Shown piece after piece: positions 61,748-64,000 of a stretch of DNA of 64,000 nt (position 1 is the first letter of the stretch; each line of letters begins with the position of its first letter). Source of the DNA: Bacteroidales bacterium. GTDB taxonomy: Bacteria > Bacteroidota > Bacteroidia > Bacteroidales > JACABE01. Both the position numbers and the translations under genes were made by a program. Location of the stretch: NCBI GenBank assembly GCA_023251515.1, contig JAHEYQ010000019.1, positions 50-64,049 on the forward strand, given 5' to 3'. Under the pieces are notes generated by a model, which had not been told where the DNA came from, ran no database searches, and saw nothing but the letters and a program-made list of their open reading frames with translations.

Positions 61748-63244
61748 ATGAAATTACCACGTACATATTACAATAACATTACCTATTTAGGTACAATTAT
61801 TGCCGCAATAGCATGGATAACTCTGATTATTTTTATTTTTCAGATATATGTTTTCCGCATCAACAATGTTTACTTTGATTTATACACATTTATAGTTACT
61901 CCTGCCTTTCTGGTTATCGGACATATTCTTATTCCTTTAGGAATGATCAGAAAAAGAAGAAAAATAAAAAAAGGCATTGTTGATAATGACTCAAAACTTT
62001 TGGTACTTAATCTAAGAGATCCAAAAACCAGAAATGCAGTTATGATATTTTCTGTAGTATCAATATTTTTTGTTATCACTACAATTATTGGAAGTTATAA
62101 AGCTTTTCATTATACCGAATCAGTAGAATTTTGCGGTAAATTATGCCATAAAGTAATGAATCCTGAATATACTGCTTATCAGAATTCGCCACATGCTAAA
62201 GTTAAATGTGCCGAATGTCATGTGGGTGAAGGTGCAGATTTTTACGTTAAATCAAAAATGTCGGGTTTACGACAGGTTTACAAGTATGCTTTAGGAACTT
62301 ATATCAGACCTATTGCAACTCCAATTGAAAACTTACGCCCTGCACGTGAAACCTGCGAAAAATGCCATTGGCCTCAAAAGTTTTACACCAATGCCCTGCG
62401 CAAAGAAAAATATTATCTGGCAGATTCGGCTAATACCGAATGGAATATTACACTTAATATGAAAATTGGTGCCAATCATCAGGCAATGGGTCTTACCGAA
62501 GGAATTCACTGGCATATTAATCCGGACATTAATATCGAATATAAATCGAGTCCGAAACGCGATGTTATTTACTGGATTAAAAAAACAGATAAAAAGACGG
62601 GTGTTGAAACCATTTATAAAGACAACGAAGTTGATATGAAAAACGTTGATTTAAAGAAATCTGAAGCAAGAAGTATGGATTGTATGGATTGTCATAACCG
62701 TCCTTCGCACGAGTATCGTTCACCTTCAAAATATGTAAACGAACTTATGGCTGCCAATAATAAAATTTCGACAATCCCATGGTTTAAAAGTGCTGCTATG
62801 GAAGCCTTGAAAATTAATTACGGGACTTCCGATTCTGCTTCAATGGAAATAAAGAATAAAATCATTAATTTCTACAAGGAATCTTATCCCGATTTTTATA
62901 AAAAATACAATTCTCAAATTATTACTGCTATTAGTGAAGTAAAAAGAGTATTTGCACTTAATACTTTCCCTGAAATGAAAGTAAATTACAGTGTTTATCC
63001 GCGACATATAGGCCATCTTGAATCAAACGGTTGTTTCAGATGTCATAATGATAAGTTTAAATCTCCATCAGGAAAAGTAATTTCAAAAGATTGCAATCTT
63101 TGTCATACCATTGTTGCACAAGGCAAAACCGGCGATATTAAATATACCGGTATTAATGCAACTTTAGAGTTTTCGCATCCTGTAGATATCGGCGATGCAT
63201 GGAAAGAATCAAATTGCATGGATTGTCATAGCCAATTGTATTAA
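61748..63244 (+). CDS. NapC/NirT-domain heptaheme inner-membrane cytochrome c (ImcH-like)
   Basis: 3 N-terminal TM helices; CGKLCH (CX3CH), CAECH, CEKCH, CMDCH, CFRCH, CNLCH, CMDCH; LRPARETCEKCHWP. Confidence 0.85.
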   Translation: MKLPRTYYNNITYLGTIIAAIAWITLIIFIFQIYVFRINNVYFDLYTFIVTPAFLVIGHILIPLGMIRKRRKIKKGIVDNDSKLLVLNLRDPKTRNAVMIFSVVSIFFVITTIIGSYKAFHYTESVEFCGKLCHKVMNPEYTAYQNSPHAKVKCAECHVGEGADFYVKSKMSGLRQVYKYALGTYIRPIATPIENLRPARETCEKCHWPQKFYTNALRKEKYYLADSANTEWNITLNMKIGANHQAMGLTEGIHWHINPDINIEYKSSPKRDVIYWIKKTDKKTGVETIYKDNEVDMKNVDLKKSEARSMDCMDCHNRPSHEYRSPSKYVNELMAANNKISTIPWFKSAAMEALKINYGTSDSASMEIKNKIINFYKESYPDFYKKYNSQIITAISEVKRVFALNTFPEMKVNYSVYPRHIGHLESNGCFRCHNDKFKSPSGKVISKDCNLCHTIVAQGKTGDIKYTGINATLEFSHPVDIGDAWKESNCMDCHSQLY

Positions 63245-63266
63245 TTTCTTATATTATTCAAATATT

Positions 63267-63303
63267 AGCACCGATGATTTTCATAATTCATCGGTGCTTT
63301 TTT
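63267..63303 (+). terminator. Intrinsic terminator
   Basis: AGCACCGATGA..TCATCGGTGCT followed by a T tract. Confidence 0.8.
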
Positions 63304-63410
63304 GTTTTATTATTAATGAGTTTTATTCTGCCAAAATGCAACACCGGCATTAATGGTAAACTTATTCTTTTCATTTGCTTTCTTATTTATATAATTAACC
63401 TGATTTTTTG

Positions 63411-63443
63411 AAACCTGACTGGTTTTTGAAACCTGTTAGGTTT
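63411..63443. repeat. REP-like palindrome (ACCTGACAGG family), copy 3
   Basis: AAACCTGACTGGTTTTTGAAACCTGTTAGGTTT. Confidence 0.75.
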
Positions 63444-63556
63444 TACTGAAATAATCATCTGCCTGTGTGTCAGATTTAGTTTGTCATGAATGTTTTATAA
63501 TGATATCTTCAGCTTTTGTTTTATGCTTTTGTGAAAATTTATCAGTAAAATTAAAA

Positions 63557-63735
63557 AAACTCGAAGAGTTTAATTTACATAACCCCCAATGAAATTGGGG
63601 GAAGTAAATACGGCCACAACCCGTTAGGGTTGAACTGTCAAGTAAATAATTCAACCCTAACGGGTTGTGACTATTAAAAGATATATATAACCCCCAATGA
63701 TATTGGGGGTTATGATTATTCAGTCCTACGGACTG
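63557..63735. mobile_element. Nested palindromic REPIN/MITE-like element
   Basis: Perfect 20-bp inverted repeat 63615-34/63650-69; two CCCCCAATGA.ATTGGGGG hairpins; terminal mini-hairpins AACTCGAAGAGTT and CAGTCCTACGGACTG. Confidence 0.65.
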
Positions 63736-64000
63736 TTTTGTTACAATATTCATTTTCCTGATAGCTATTAAACAAAACTTATTATAAAACTGCTATTAAT
63801 TCGTAAAAGCAGGATAAATCTTTATTCCTTCCTAAAATTAATACAAAAATAAGCTATGAAGAAAACAATTATTTCAGCCCTTTAAACTCTGCTTGTTTTT
63901 TGTCTTTATTATTACCTGACAAAAACCTGCTTATAATTCCTTCATCAACGGATATCATTGTTCTTACTGATTTATCTTTTATTATTTTCCATTCTGTAAT

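Noticed and set aside
63484-63753. 89-aa ORF
   Set aside because: Spans the palindromic element; likely spurious
63856-63936. MKKTIISAL*TLLVFCL signal-peptide-like remnant
   Set aside because: Too short, interrupted by stops and at the window edge; a pseudogene call cannot be supported

Overview
AT-rich Bacteroidota chromosome segment (TAnnTTTG-type promoters, T9SS cargo proteins, gldH, Bacteroidetes-type sdhCAB). About 1-15.6 kb is accessory DNA. It holds a run of co-oriented minus-strand genes (BsuBI/PstI-type restriction-modification pair, Mrr-like nuclease, glycosylase-like protein, secreted and lipoprotein hypotheticals). These are separated by seven copies of a conserved 30-60 bp repeat that itself contains a -33/-7 promoter, which suggests an integron-like, promoter-carrying cassette array; no recombinase is seen in the window. 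The array is flanked by REP/MITE-like nested palindromes, a decayed 21-nt periodic heptad tract and a pseudoknot-plus-long-hairpin element. About 15.7-55 kb is mostly housekeeping (sdhCAB, two Xaa-Pro peptidases, pgk, riboflavin synthase, mqnC, pepA, pdxA, murF-alr fusion, PBP1A, gldH, PSP1, holB), plus three T9SS substrates and a glycosylation cluster with fascin-like domain fusions. About 55-63.3 kb carries a divergent locus with FNR-like boxes, a CcsBA cytochrome c synthase, a tetraheme c554-like protein and an ImcH-like heptaheme membrane cytochrome. All calls come from motif recognition by eye; no database searches were run.
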